Shown here: piece after piece, positions 10,824 through 24,286 of the stretch
How positions within the stretch are numbered: the first letter of the stretch is position 1
How the letters are laid out: each line of letters starts with the position of its first letter
Assembly (NCBI GenBank): GCA_048941265.1
Contig: JBHLNT010000004.1
Coordinates: 1-55,321, forward strand
From: Promethearchaeota archaeon
GTDB lineage: Archaea > Asgardarchaeota > Lokiarchaeia > Sigyniarchaeales > SOKP01
DNA: 55,321 bases
Direction: 5' to 3'
Position numbers and translations under genes: made by a program
The notes under the pieces: model-generated
The model's database searches: none
What the model saw: the letters and a program-made list of their open reading frames with translations, nothing else
Told to the model about the DNA's origin: nothing

Positions 10824-13985
<3,162 letters not shown>

Positions 13986-14077
13986 TCATACTTCTTCCTT
14001 TATATTGATATATAACAAGCTCATCAAAAAAAGGAAAGATAAAACTTACTTAATTTAAAAGAGACTCAGATTAAAGT

Positions 14078-14275
14078 TTAAGTTTTCTTAATTAAAACAA
14101 TTTTCTTTATAGGAATATAGATCAATTGTCCATGATCCTCATCTTTAAATAAAACAATATGCTCTCTAACTTCTTCAATTTTCCCTAATAATATACAATG
14201 CGGGTCAGGTAAATCACGAATATAAAGTCTTACCAATTCTCCTTTTAATTCTTTTAAAATAGACCAAGGAATCAT
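14078..14275 (-). CDS. Small Sm/Hfq-like fold protein, paralog 1
   Basis: 65 aa; N-terminal helix then five beta strands (VRLYI / LLGKIEEV / IVLFKD / LIYIP / IVLIKK); gapless 37/65 identity with 19513-19713. Confidence 0.65.
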   Translation of the reverse strand: MIPWSILKELKGELVRLYIRDLPDPHCILLGKIEEVREHIVLFKDEDHGQLIYIPIKKIVLIKKT

Positions 14276-14304
14276 AAAAAATCACTTTTAATTCTTTTAA
14301 TAAA

Positions 14305-14324
14305 GATATATATACTTTTTCGCT
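14305..14324 (-). promoter_or_regulatory. BRE + TATA box candidate for the small Sm-like gene
   Basis: Minus strand reads gcGAAAAAG-TATATATA-tc about 30 nt upstream of the ATG at 14275, fitting the archaeal BRE-TATA pattern. Confidence 0.5.
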
Positions 14325-14446
14325 TTTAAAATTTATATTAACATTCATTTTAATAGAGAGAAATCATTTTTAATCTAAAAAACGCTTCTTATTATTTTTT
14401 GAAATTTAATTTTTTAATGCATACCTATTTTAAAAATTATTGATTT

Positions 14447-15706
14447 ATGTTGAATAACATGAAGGGACAAGAAAATAAAATATTAAAGCATGAAGAACGG
14501 AAAAAATTTGATTTTCTTGGGGATGATCCAACAGGAAGGATTGAGGCAACAACCGAGGATCCAATAATGTATCACGCTCTAGGGAGTGAGCCTAAAACAG
14601 AACATCCTTACAATGTCTATAATGATATTAAAAACGAACCTATTGCGATACATAAAACATTAGAATTAGCAAAAGAATCTACTAATAAAATTGCTGATGA
14701 ATTCATGAAAAGAGGGATCATGCATATAGTAGGCATTGGAATGGGCACTTCTCAATTTGTGGCCCAAGCAGCAGGTCCAGCATTTTGGGAATGGGCAAAA
14801 ATAACTTCCGAAGATAGAGATTCTGTGGAGTGCCTTACTGTTAATAAACCATATGATTATGAGCGCACAGCATTATTGGCATATAGCGGAAGCGGAAGCA
14901 CTATTGACACTATTGCGGCTACGGAAAAAATGAAAGATCTAGGGTGTTACTGTATTGCTATAACTTCGGTTGCTGGAAGTCCTTTGACTAAACTATGCCA
15001 TGATACGATTGCCTGTGCTGGTGGCTTTGATACAGGGGGATCGGACACATTTCATTATGCTACTCGATTAGCAGCTAGTTTATTACTCGCTCTCACACTC
15101 GGAGAGAAGAAGAGGATCAAAGAAATAGATTTTGAAGGTCTTAGAAAAAAATTAAATCAAATTCCAAATCTTATGGCTGAGAGATGGGATATTTTCGACG
15201 CAAGATGTTGGAGTATTGCTAAATATCATGCTCATGTTCGTAGCGTAATTATAGTTGGTGCCGGAGCAAATTTTGGGACTGCTGAAGAAATGGAACTTAA
15301 GTTTGAAGAAATGGCACATATTCCGGCAAAATCTATGGTACCTACGAGACATCTTCATGGAGCTTTGGGATTGACAGATGAAAAGATACTGACTATCCTC
15401 CTTTATCCCAAAAATAATTCGCAAAAATGGTTTGAACAAATTGCTAAATTCACAATGATGATAAAAAGCCCTGTTATAGCGATTTTACCTGATAGCGAAG
15501 ACAAACTATCTCCATTAATGGATTATGTTGTCCGCACTCCTATTGATAATGAACATTTATTTGCATTATACGTAGTTCCAATAATTCAATTACTTCCCTA
15601 TTATTGTGCCGTAGAACAAAAAATTATCAATCCCGATTGTCAAAAGTCAAACATCCCTAAACATGCTAGGGCATGGAGTATGATATTAAAACCTGGAGAA
15701 CATTAA
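14447..15706 (+). CDS. Double-SIS sugar-phosphate deaminase/deglycase (GlmD/FrlB/AgaS-like)
   Basis: GMGTS, YSGSGSTIDT, VGAGANFGTAEEMELKFEE, HLHGA; no glutaminase domain, so not full GlmS. Confidence 0.82.
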   Translation: MLNNMKGQENKILKHEERKKFDFLGDDPTGRIEATTEDPIMYHALGSEPKTEHPYNVYNDIKNEPIAIHKTLELAKESTNKIADEFMKRGIMHIVGIGMGTSQFVAQAAGPAFWEWAKITSEDRDSVECLTVNKPYDYERTALLAYSGSGSTIDTIAATEKMKDLGCYCIAITSVAGSPLTKLCHDTIACAGGFDTGGSDTFHYATRLAASLLLALTLGEKKRIKEIDFEGLRKKLNQIPNLMAERWDIFDARCWSIAKYHAHVRSVIIVGAGANFGTAEEMELKFEEMAHIPAKSMVPTRHLHGALGLTDEKILTILLYPKNNSQKWFEQIAKFTMMIKSPVIAILPDSEDKLSPLMDYVVRTPIDNEHLFALYVVPIIQLLPYYCAVEQKIINPDCQKSNIPKHARAWSMILKPGEH

Positions 15707-15721
15707 TCAAGATGTATAGTT

Positions 15722-16666
15722 ATGGGTTATAAAATAGGTGTTATTGGACCGGTTAATTTAGATTTAATAATTAGGGGAAACGCTCCAACTGATATAAATG
15801 AATTAGTGATCTGGGCAGATCTATCAGAAGTTCATTGCGTTACGGCGGGCGCTGCTGGCAATGTAGCACAAAATCTTAAAAAACTCGGAAATGAAATTCA
15901 TTTGGTCTCATGTGTGGCAGATGATAATTTTGGTATGATAGTCATAAATTCATTACAAAAATTTGGAATAAGGACAGATTTTATCGAGATCGAAAAAGGA
16001 AAAGAAGGCGGGATCGCGATCTATATCTTGTTATTTGGAAGTAATAAACGCCCTGCGACGTTTAAATTACCAACTCATCATGGTTGGCCCCTTGAATTTA
16101 GCGATGATATGAAAAAATATCTTTTGGACACTGATTTATTACATTCTTCTGGATATTTACATTTTTCTGATTTATGGAACGATAAATTTTTAAATCTATT
16201 CAAGGAAGCAAAAGAAAAAGGAATTAAAACTTCAATGGATCCTCAATTTCCATTGCACTCATTAGATCTCCCTTGGATTAAGGTAATAAAACCATTAATT
16301 CCATATCTGGATTTTTTAATGGTTGATGAAACTGAAGCATCAAACTTAACGGGATTAAAGGATATAAATGAAGCGGCAAATCTGCTTATAGGTGAGGGAT
16401 TTAAAATCGTAGCAATTAAATTAGGTGACAAAGGTGCTCTAGTAGTAGATCATAATATAATGGAACAAATACCTGCAATTCAACCGAAGGTAATTATTGA
16501 TAGTATAGGTGCGGGAGATGCATTTGATGCTGGCTTTCTACAAGGATTATTAGAGGGTAAAGATATAAAACAAGCAGGGAAAATGGGGATTAAAGCAGCT
16601 TCAATGAGTTTAGAAGGGATTGATAGTACAGAAAAGTTTCCCACGAGAGATTTAATAGATTTTTGA
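15722..16666 (+). CDS. PfkB/ribokinase family carbohydrate kinase
   Basis: AGAAGNVA, VADDNFG, KLGDKGA, IDSIGAGDAFDAGF (PfkB signature 2). Confidence 0.92.
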   Translation: MGYKIGVIGPVNLDLIIRGNAPTDINELVIWADLSEVHCVTAGAAGNVAQNLKKLGNEIHLVSCVADDNFGMIVINSLQKFGIRTDFIEIEKGKEGGIAIYILLFGSNKRPATFKLPTHHGWPLEFSDDMKKYLLDTDLLHSSGYLHFSDLWNDKFLNLFKEAKEKGIKTSMDPQFPLHSLDLPWIKVIKPLIPYLDFLMVDETEASNLTGLKDINEAANLLIGEGFKIVAIKLGDKGALVVDHNIMEQIPAIQPKVIIDSIGAGDAFDAGFLQGLLEGKDIKQAGKMGIKAASMSLEGIDSTEKFPTRDLIDF

Positions 16667-16691
16667 ATAGAATATTCATCCAGTAAACCAA

Positions 16692-19388
16692 TTATTTTAA
16701 AACAATATTAATTTTTTTAATGTTTTCCTTTACATTTATAGAGATATAGCTTTCTTCAATCATTATATGCTCAAGTTCTTTAGTTATGTTTTGTTCATTC
16801 AATAAAACAATTGAATCTTCTCTCCACCATTTTGGTTTTATGATTTTAATTTTCAAATCTTTAGTTTTTTTTAGATTAAGCTCGATTTTAAAGATATTCG
16901 ATGAGGATTCTATTGAAATTAAAGCAGATTTAAATTGGAAGTTTTTATTATTGAGTTTTGGATCGATTATTAGGGCATCATATTCTGCTTCAATTCCGGA
17001 AATCTTTATGACAGATAAAAGAAAACATGCGTGAATATTAAGATTCATTAACGGAAAATCGCACATAGGGGTAAGAAGATGATAAAAAGCTTCACCTGCA
17101 TTTTCGGCATAGTCTGCAATATACGCATCAGGGCCGCTCCAGATTCCATACCAAATATCAGGATAAGCTTCTGCTCTTTGGGCTAATGAATTTTTTTTTA
17201 ATGAATTATAAGCTTTTTCGGGATTATATTGGGAATAACCCCAGGTTAATAATGCATTCATAGCATGCCATACACCTCCGTTCACGTCCCACCCCTTTGG
17301 TAAAATGTTATGCGGTGTTTTTACAGGAGGAAATGAGATAAATTGTCCTATTGGAGATGGCTTGTCTAAGTTTTTATAAATTACATCGATTAGATTGCTA
17401 GCTTGTTCTTTTTCTAAAATCTTAGAAATTAAGAGCCAATTATGATGCTCTAAATATATATTATCATTACCGATTGGATTACCACTACCATCCCACCCTC
17501 TGTAAAACCACTTACCATTCCACGAATTTATAACTGCTCGTTTCAACTCGACATATTTCTCCTTACATAATTTAGCCAAATCAGGATTGTATGCTTCAAA
17601 TAAAGGAATCGCTTTTGGGATAATGTATAAGGCAAAGGTAGAATTAAAATTTGATTCTCCGTATTCTATGAATTTTTTACGATTCCCTGATATCATTAAG
17701 CTAATTCCGTCACTCCAATCTCCATCATTACATTTGATTAAACCGTGCTCTCCAAAACCCACCTTATCGGAAAACAAATAATCAAAAGCAATATACAATT
17801 TTTCAAGAACAGTTGATTCTTTCTTAGGAGGTCTTGAGCAAAAAGGTATTTTCTCGGTTAGAAAGTTAAAATTCCTTGTTGTAAATACATATTCAATAAT
17901 TCCCCATATTAGAAAAATATAGAGATCTGACGGTTTCGCGTGAACAGATCGAGTAAAGGTTTTAGCAAATCCATAAATACTGTAGGGTAATTTGCCATCT
18001 GGGCTCATAAAGGAAATCGCATATTTCAAATACTCTTTAGCTAACTCAGGATCTATAAAAATGATTGAATAAAGAAATAGCATATAATCTCTTATTGCTC
18101 CATCAAGTCCGTGTCCAAATAAATATATTGAACCTTGAGGAAATTTATGTAAACCAAAATAATCATCGAAACAACAGGAACTTCGAGTATAATATGAATG
18201 CCATTTGGTTTCTCGTGCTAACCATAAATCTTTTTCACAATCAAGTTCTATTAATGAATGTTTCCAATTCTCAGCGTTCCATTTAAGTATTGATGTTTCT
18301 GAAGTTATTTCACGATATTTCTCTATTAAATGTGGTATATCTTCTTTTTCACTATATCCAAAGATTAAAACAATTTGCTTTACTCCTTTTGGTTTTAAAT
18401 CGATCATAGTGCCAATTCCAAGACAAGGATTCTTGATATTTTTAAGGTTAATCTGATGGTTAGGAATTTTAGATTTTTCCCATATAAATTTCACCTTGCT
18501 ATTTTTATTAATAATGCTTTTGGAATTCCAAGTAATCTTTGTAGCTTTACCTTGAATCATCGATAAAAATATCGATTTTGGATAATAATTGTGTTTAGAT
18601 GGTTCATCTGGGTTATTAGGCGGATTTTTTTTATATCTTGGCGTAAGATAAATTGACTGTGATTCAGAATGATATGAACAATTAAAATTGAATTTGTTGT
18701 CAAACTTTTTTCTTGACCCATCCGTATCAGTTCTCGTAAATTTTTGTGAAATTTTTATTAATTTACCTATTAAATTAAGAATTTTGTTTTTACCGAATTT
18801 CTTTCTATTTTTGGCAGTTACTACCAATGATCTTAATATATGATGCAAATAGATATCCCATAGATCCATAATTTTCATATTGCTAATGGATTCAGTTTCA
18901 GAATTATTTGAAATAATAATCTCTGAAATTAGAATAGGATCATCCGAAAATGGAGTACAAATATTATGAGTTATTTCTAAATTTTGTTTTTGAATCTTTT
19001 TTTGAAAATACCCTATTCCAAAAATTCGTTTATAATCATATTTGCTATTAGAATTTTCATTATCATATAAATCAGACCATAATTCTTTGGAATTCTCTCC
19101 GCTAAAAAACCCAATTCCTCCTCCCAGCTTTTTGTTTTTCATATCCCTATAAGTTAGCCATTGAAATCCCCTACTGGATTCTAAAACCTGAACATAACCA
19201 CCATTATGGGCAGTTGCAGTTATTCTATCATTTCCTATTTGATGAAAATGATCGATTGAAAAACCATATGTAGTAGGAGTTTTTGCTATTGGTGAAATTA
19301 ATTGATTACAAGTATAATTATAAGCCGGTAAACCGTAAATATCTTTAATCCAATCTCCAAAATTACCGTTACCCATCATAATGCTCAC
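16692..19388 (-). CDS. GH94-like glycoside phosphorylase/hydrolase, (alpha/alpha)6 barrel
   Basis: GFGEHGLIKCNDGDWSDGI (GH94 GDWNDG catalytic Asp region), WNGKWFYRGW, NGGVWH, N-terminal IGNDRITATAHNGG. Confidence 0.75.
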   Translation of the reverse strand: MSIMMGNGNFGDWIKDIYGLPAYNYTCNQLISPIAKTPTTYGFSIDHFHQIGNDRITATAHNGGYVQVLESSRGFQWLTYRDMKNKKLGGGIGFFSGENSKELWSDLYDNENSNSKYDYKRIFGIGYFQKKIQKQNLEITHNICTPFSDDPILISEIIISNNSETESISNMKIMDLWDIYLHHILRSLVVTAKNRKKFGKNKILNLIGKLIKISQKFTRTDTDGSRKKFDNKFNFNCSYHSESQSIYLTPRYKKNPPNNPDEPSKHNYYPKSIFLSMIQGKATKITWNSKSIINKNSKVKFIWEKSKIPNHQINLKNIKNPCLGIGTMIDLKPKGVKQIVLIFGYSEKEDIPHLIEKYREITSETSILKWNAENWKHSLIELDCEKDLWLARETKWHSYYTRSSCCFDDYFGLHKFPQGSIYLFGHGLDGAIRDYMLFLYSIIFIDPELAKEYLKYAISFMSPDGKLPYSIYGFAKTFTRSVHAKPSDLYIFLIWGIIEYVFTTRNFNFLTEKIPFCSRPPKKESTVLEKLYIAFDYLFSDKVGFGEHGLIKCNDGDWSDGISLMISGNRKKFIEYGESNFNSTFALYIIPKAIPLFEAYNPDLAKLCKEKYVELKRAVINSWNGKWFYRGWDGSGNPIGNDNIYLEHHNWLLISKILEKEQASNLIDVIYKNLDKPSPIGQFISFPPVKTPHNILPKGWDVNGGVWHAMNALLTWGYSQYNPEKAYNSLKKNSLAQRAEAYPDIWYGIWSGPDAYIADYAENAGEAFYHLLTPMCDFPLMNLNIHACFLLSVIKISGIEAEYDALIIDPKLNNKNFQFKSALISIESSSNIFKIELNLKKTKDLKIKIIKPKWWREDSIVLLNEQNITKELEHIMIEESYISINVKENIKKINIVLK

Positions 19389-19512
19389 CTTTTATTTATG
19401 TATTTGATAATTTATGCTTTTATCAAATCATTTTCAAAATAGATTGTATTAAAAAACCAATTTTACTGAAAATGAACTAAAATTAACTAATTTTGATCAA
19501 GATTATAGGCAA

Positions 19513-19713
19513 TTATTCTTCTTTTTTGATTAATGCGATGCTATCTATTGGAATGTACATTATACTATTATGCTTTATGTCTTTAAATATGATAATGTGT
19601 TCTCCCACCGATTGAATTTTACCTAGTTGAACGCAGTAGGCTTCTGGCAAGTCTTTTATATAAACCCTAACTTCTTCTCCCTTTATTTCCTCTAATCTAT
19701 GTTTAGGAATCAT
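19513..19713 (-). CDS. Small Sm/Hfq-like fold protein, paralog 2
   Basis: Alignment with 14078-14275 (both begin MIP) supports the ATG at 19713 rather than 19725; 37/65 identical with no gaps. Confidence 0.65.
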   Translation of the reverse strand: MIPKHRLEEIKGEEVRVYIKDLPEAYCVQLGKIQSVGEHIIIFKDIKHNSIMYIPIDSIALIKKEE

Positions 19714-19855
19714 ATTAAATTTCACATTGAGATACTTAATTAGAATTATTATGTTTTGAATTTATAAAATTTTAACCATTTTTACCAGAAATACTCTTAA
19801 AGATGTTTAAACATTTCCTATTAATTTTTTTTATTATTTAAAAAAATTAATGGTT

Positions 19856-20443
19856 TTATTCAATAGTGGCGTGTCTTTTATCTATATCTTTTTCAGAAAC
19901 TCCTAATAATTTCATTAAAGCTCCGCCAATAGAATCTAATACCGATAATGTTGAAATATCAAAAAGACTTGTATAAGGAGCTAATGTATCTTGAGAAATA
20001 GCTTTATCTTTGCTCTTTCCCTCTATTTGTATGACGTAATCGGAGATTTTTCCAATAGTACTGGTAGGATTATTAGTTAATAAAGCTATTTTCCCGCCAA
20101 TTTCTTTCGCTTTTTTAGCAATAGCGATTGGCGAAGTCGTCTCCCCAGAACCACTTATCATAACAACTAAATCCCTCTTTGTATATTGATAGGTCACAGC
20201 ATCAGATATAAAACAGGAATTAATTCCTAAATGCATTAATCTTTGGGCAAAACAACGTCCGATAAAACCCGACCTCCCTGCCCCATAGACAAAAATCATG
20301 TTATTGGAATCTTTAATTTTAATAATTAAATCGATTAAGTTTATGATATCATTATCATTAACTGAGATTTCATTGTTTTTTACTTGGTTTATTATCTCTA
20401 TCAATGTTTTGTGAAATATATCCTTAACTTTATGAACATCCAT
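19856..20443 (-). CDS. hxlB: 6-phospho-3-hexuloisomerase-like SIS protein
   Basis: FVYGAGRSGFIGRCFAQRLMHLG, ISGSGET, LAPYTSLFD, RHATIE match PHI family motifs. Confidence 0.85.
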   Translation of the reverse strand: MDVHKVKDIFHKTLIEIINQVKNNEISVNDNDIINLIDLIIKIKDSNNMIFVYGAGRSGFIGRCFAQRLMHLGINSCFISDAVTYQYTKRDLVVMISGSGETTSPIAIAKKAKEIGGKIALLTNNPTSTIGKISDYVIQIEGKSKDKAISQDTLAPYTSLFDISTLSVLDSIGGALMKLLGVSEKDIDKRHATIE

Positions 20444-20458
20444 TTTTTATTTCCCGAG

Positions 20459-21709
20459 TTATTTTTGATTTTCTCTATATTTTTCGGGATTTACGCATCT
20501 TCTCCATTGTCCAACCGTTTCTTTGGGACCTAAACCAATTAATAAATCACCAACTTCGAACACGAAGTCAGATTTAAAACTATAGATCCATTTTTCTTCT
20601 CGTTTTAAAGCAATAATATGGAATCCTCTCTTATATCGATGATCTTGGAGTTCAAGATAAGATTTACCTTTAAAATATGACTCTGTAGATAATTTTTCAC
20701 GGACAACAATTTCATCAGTCTCTTTTATTGCTTGTTGTAAAATACTATGCGGTTCAAAACCTTTTATGATATTTTCCGCTATATTAGCAGCAGCATCAGC
20801 TATTAATTCACATGAAAACACTATTCTCATGATACCCGTAAGATCACGAGGTGACTCAATTAAATGGGCAAAATCTAAAAGATCTTTCTCAAAGGTAATA
20901 TTTAAACCATCCATTAATTCTTCCATTTCTAGTATATCCTCAGCTAATTCGTAATTATTAAAAAATAGGGCAGCTAATGCCAATTCAATCATAGTTTCAG
21001 AAATATCAGTAATATGAACATATGTTTTTTTTAGTTCTGTTAATTCTTCAAATATTTCAGGATTACTAAGATCAAGATCAAATTCTTTTTTTCCTTTTTC
21101 AATTTCAAATGAGATAGGTTCTACATCTTGGCATAATTTCTTAATTTCAAGTATGGGTTCAATCTCTCCCTTGATTATTAAAATATCGTCCTCCAATACT
21201 GTTTCATCCCTATTAAAAAGCCATTTATCATCTCTTTTAATCGCAATTAAATCAACTCCATGTTTTGACCTAAAATGCAATGTATGTCGGGACGTTCCAA
21301 TAAAATCACATTTTGGTTTTACTGTAATTTTAACAATAGGCTCTGGTATGGCCCAAACTCCAAAAAATTGAGTAAAATTAGTTATATCACTGTTAATATA
21401 TACAACTCTCGCAATATCAGATAATGCATCACTAATTTTATCGATAGAATAACCCATTACAACAATTGGTTCTAATCTTTTCGCTTGTTCAATACCTCCA
21501 GCGTGAGTTTGAATTATCTGAAAATTTAATAAATAGGTTAATTCATGGATTCTCTGTTCCAATTTATAAGTTTCATCTGCTATTTCTTTACTTCCGAATT
21601 TAATCGCACTATATGCAAGGTCAATCATCAAGTCAATATTTTGTTTCATTTCTCTTAATATATCCTTAAGAGAAAGGGGTTTATATCGAAATTTTTTCTG
21701 AGGCGTCAT
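20459..21709 (-). CDS. Tandem (PhoU + TrkA-C/RCK_C)x2 regulatory protein
   Basis: Two repeats of MIDLAYSA/MIELALAAL...ISDA/IADAA (PhoU-like), each followed by IAIKRDDKW/IALKREEKW...GDLLI (TrkA-C). Confidence 0.85.
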   Translation of the reverse strand: MTPQKKFRYKPLSLKDILREMKQNIDLMIDLAYSAIKFGSKEIADETYKLEQRIHELTYLLNFQIIQTHAGGIEQAKRLEPIVVMGYSIDKISDALSDIARVVYINSDITNFTQFFGVWAIPEPIVKITVKPKCDFIGTSRHTLHFRSKHGVDLIAIKRDDKWLFNRDETVLEDDILIIKGEIEPILEIKKLCQDVEPISFEIEKGKKEFDLDLSNPEIFEELTELKKTYVHITDISETMIELALAALFFNNYELAEDILEMEELMDGLNITFEKDLLDFAHLIESPRDLTGIMRIVFSCELIADAAANIAENIIKGFEPHSILQQAIKETDEIVVREKLSTESYFKGKSYLELQDHRYKRGFHIIALKREEKWIYSFKSDFVFEVGDLLIGLGPKETVGQWRRCVNPEKYRENQK

Positions 21710-21746
21710 TTAGTTTTATTCACTCATATTTACGTATATATTGTTT

Positions 21747-22298
21747 CTATATAAATATTATGATAAAAATAATCAGCAATAGCGGTGTCAAGAAGTCCGC
21801 TAAAGAGGTAACAAAAGGAATTAAGAAATTATTCGGATCTTTACCTCTATTAAACAGAAATATTGAACCTATAAATAATAAGAAAAATAAAACAAAAAAT
21901 AATGTCATAATGGTCAAGATTATCACTAAAATGATCAAAAAAGGATTAACTGGGTTAATTCCAGTATAAATTCCTATTATAAAACCTAATATAATCAATA
22001 CTAATAAACTTAATAGAATCGCAATTAATAGACCAATAAAATCTTCAATTAAGCGTTCCGATTTTTGTACTTTTGGAGGAATAGAACCTATATATAGATG
22101 AATAGTTAATCGAGATACTAAAACCGTAGAGATATCCCCAACTAGAGAATTAAGAGCAGGTAAAATTAAAAGAAGGAGTGGTAATGCATAAAAGAGTTTT
22201 TCATTGGTTGATAAGAGTGTACCCGTAAATATTCCAATAGTAGAAGAAATAATTACGATGGTTACTGATTCCTTGAAAATTTTTTTAAAATAATCCAT
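21747..22298 (-). CDS. MgtE-type divalent cation transporter membrane domain (second half)
   Basis: LPALNSLVGDISTVLVSRL and GKDPNNFLIPFVTSLADFL (MgtE DPxxxxxPxxTxxxD). Confidence 0.85.
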   Translation of the reverse strand: MDYFKKIFKESVTIVIISSTIGIFTGTLLSTNEKLFYALPLLLLILPALNSLVGDISTVLVSRLTIHLYIGSIPPKVQKSERLIEDFIGLLIAILLSLLVLIILGFIIGIYTGINPVNPFLIILVIILTIMTLFFVLFFLLFIGSIFLFNRGKDPNNFLIPFVTSLADFLTPLLLIIFIIIFI

Positions 22299-22299
22299 T

Positions 22300-22854
22300 T
22301 TAAGGTACCCCCAATAATATTAGAGTGATATAAAAGCAAAAAACCATAACAAAATCCCCTACTGCTGTCATTATTGGATTTACTACATGATTTGGGTTAA
22401 GACCATATTTGAAAACAATATAGTTCAAAATAGTGGATATAGGGATTGTCATGGATAAAGTCAACAATATTGAAATTATGGGAATCAAAATAAGGATTTC
22501 AAAAGAAATAAGGGAAAATTTAATTAAGAAAATATCTATAACAATTCCAAATATCCCTATTAATGCAGCAGTTATTAGTGATAATGTTAAAGTTGCAGAT
22601 ACGTTTTCAACCCATGATTTTTTATTAAGACCCCCAATAATTAAATCTTTGGACGTTCGAGCGATAAACGGTCCAGAAATATTTCCTCTTAAAGATAATA
22701 AAGCAGGGATAATAAGTATAAGAATTATAAAGCTTTTAAAAGGTAAAATTAATAGGATAAGTATAATTCCAGCTAAAATATCACCTACAATAGAGACAAT
22801 CTCTGAAGGGAATGTTTCCTTAACAATTTTACCCCTCGAATCTTGACTCTCCAT
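22300..22854 (-). CDS. MgtE-type divalent cation transporter membrane domain (first half)
   Basis: IPALLSLRGNISG and GLNPNHVVNPIMTAVGDF. Confidence 0.85.
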   Translation of the reverse strand: MESQDSRGKIVKETFPSEIVSIVGDILAGIILILLILPFKSFIILILIIPALLSLRGNISGPFIARTSKDLIIGGLNKKSWVENVSATLTLSLITAALIGIFGIVIDIFLIKFSLISFEILILIPIISILLTLSMTIPISTILNYIVFKYGLNPNHVVNPIMTAVGDFVMVFCFYITLILLGVP

Positions 22855-22952
22855 ATTTTAACCTCAAAATAGGTGATTAAAAAATTAGAATTATTCTCTG
22901 TCATAATCTAATAATACATTTAATTTTGAAGATTATTAAAAATTTCTCAATT

Positions 22953-24152
22953 CTATTTCATTTCATATTTTAACTTCATTATAATCGCTAAAATTATGAG
23001 ACACATCAGAATTGCACTCCCTATTCTGAAAAACATGTTTGGAGAATAGAGATTGGCAAAATATCCCCCAATTAATGCACCTAAAAAATTCCCAAGCCAC
23101 CCTAAACTTAATACAATTCCAAAACCCAACCCTAATTTTTTAGGATGGGTGAAATTATTGGTAGTAGCTAAAAGTTGTGGATAAATTATGTAGAGGAAAA
23201 AGCCAATTATCCCAAAAAATAGTAAGGTTAATATTAAATCACTAGAATCCAAAAATATATAAAGGTTTAAAACTAAAGTCAAGAAAATTCCTATGATTAT
23301 TATGGAATAACTCATACCTATTTTATTTTTAAACATACCTGAAAAGTAAGCACCTAAGAACCCAAAAAGAATTGTGTACCCTAGAATAAGTCCCGAATAT
23401 TCTGAAACTACCCCAGTCTTTTCCACTCTTAAATAAGTAGCAAGATTAGTAATAATCATAGTATAGGTTGCCGCGTATAAGATATATGAAATAATTATTA
23501 ATGCGACCAAGGGTTTATTGGTTGAGTTTTGCTTATTATTTGAAATATTATTATTCGGCTTATCAGTCTCTACAAAATAATCGCTGAATTCAATTTTTCT
23601 GAAGTTGTAAACTATTAATAGGAATACTAAAAATATACCAATTGACCATATTATAAGCACCAATTGCCATGAGAGAAATATAATAATCAATATAGCTGAG
23701 CTAAAAACTGCGCTACATTTTCCGATGTCTCCCGCAGCTCCTTGTCTCCCAATTTTAACGTCTCTATCATCTTTAAACATTCTACTGGTAGTAGAATATG
23801 AGATGGAATGTTGAAAACCTAACGCAAAACCAGAAAATATAGCAAAAATAAATAAACTTATAAAATCAACAGAGAATATAAATAAAAAAGAAGATAAAGC
23901 TAAAAGCAATAATCCAAATTTCATTAATAGTTCAGAATGCTTATCAGTGTAATATCCCACAATAATTTGACCTATAACTAATGCAAGTGCATTGAAAGCA
24001 AAAATCAAACCTACTTGAAACCAGTTTAAATTAAAAATAATATAAAAACTTGCCATCAGAGTAGGAAGAACGAAAGTTATTCCATCATTTAAAAAATGAT
24101 AAAAATAAAGTCGATTCTGAATATAATTCCTTTTATCATTTTCTTTATTCAT
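22953..24152 (-). CDS. MFS transporter (FSR-like)
   Basis: HFLNDG in TM1, GYYTDK motif-A region, GFQH, about 12 TM segments. Confidence 0.88.
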   Translation of the reverse strand: MNKENDKRNYIQNRLYFYHFLNDGITFVLPTLMASFYIIFNLNWFQVGLIFAFNALALVIGQIIVGYYTDKHSELLMKFGLLLLALSSFLFIFSVDFISLFIFAIFSGFALGFQHSISYSTTSRMFKDDRDVKIGRQGAAGDIGKCSAVFSSAILIIIFLSWQLVLIIWSIGIFLVFLLIVYNFRKIEFSDYFVETDKPNNNISNNKQNSTNKPLVALIIISYILYAATYTMIITNLATYLRVEKTGVVSEYSGLILGYTILFGFLGAYFSGMFKNKIGMSYSIIIIGIFLTLVLNLYIFLDSSDLILTLLFFGIIGFFLYIIYPQLLATTNNFTHPKKLGLGFGIVLSLGWLGNFLGALIGGYFANLYSPNMFFRIGSAILMCLIILAIIMKLKYEMK

Positions 24153-24286
24153 TAACGTTATAAGCTCTTAATAACATAAAAATTTCTTTCTTACATTCGA
24201 AATTAGTAGTATAGCTCTAAGCTGATTTTTTAAAATTTAGTAAAAAAAAGGTAATAAAATTTGAAAAAAAAATAATAGAACATTTT

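Noticed and set aside
14447-15706. Calling the SIS protein GlmS
   Set aside because: No N-terminal Cys glutaminase domain and no C-terminal catalytic Lys motif.
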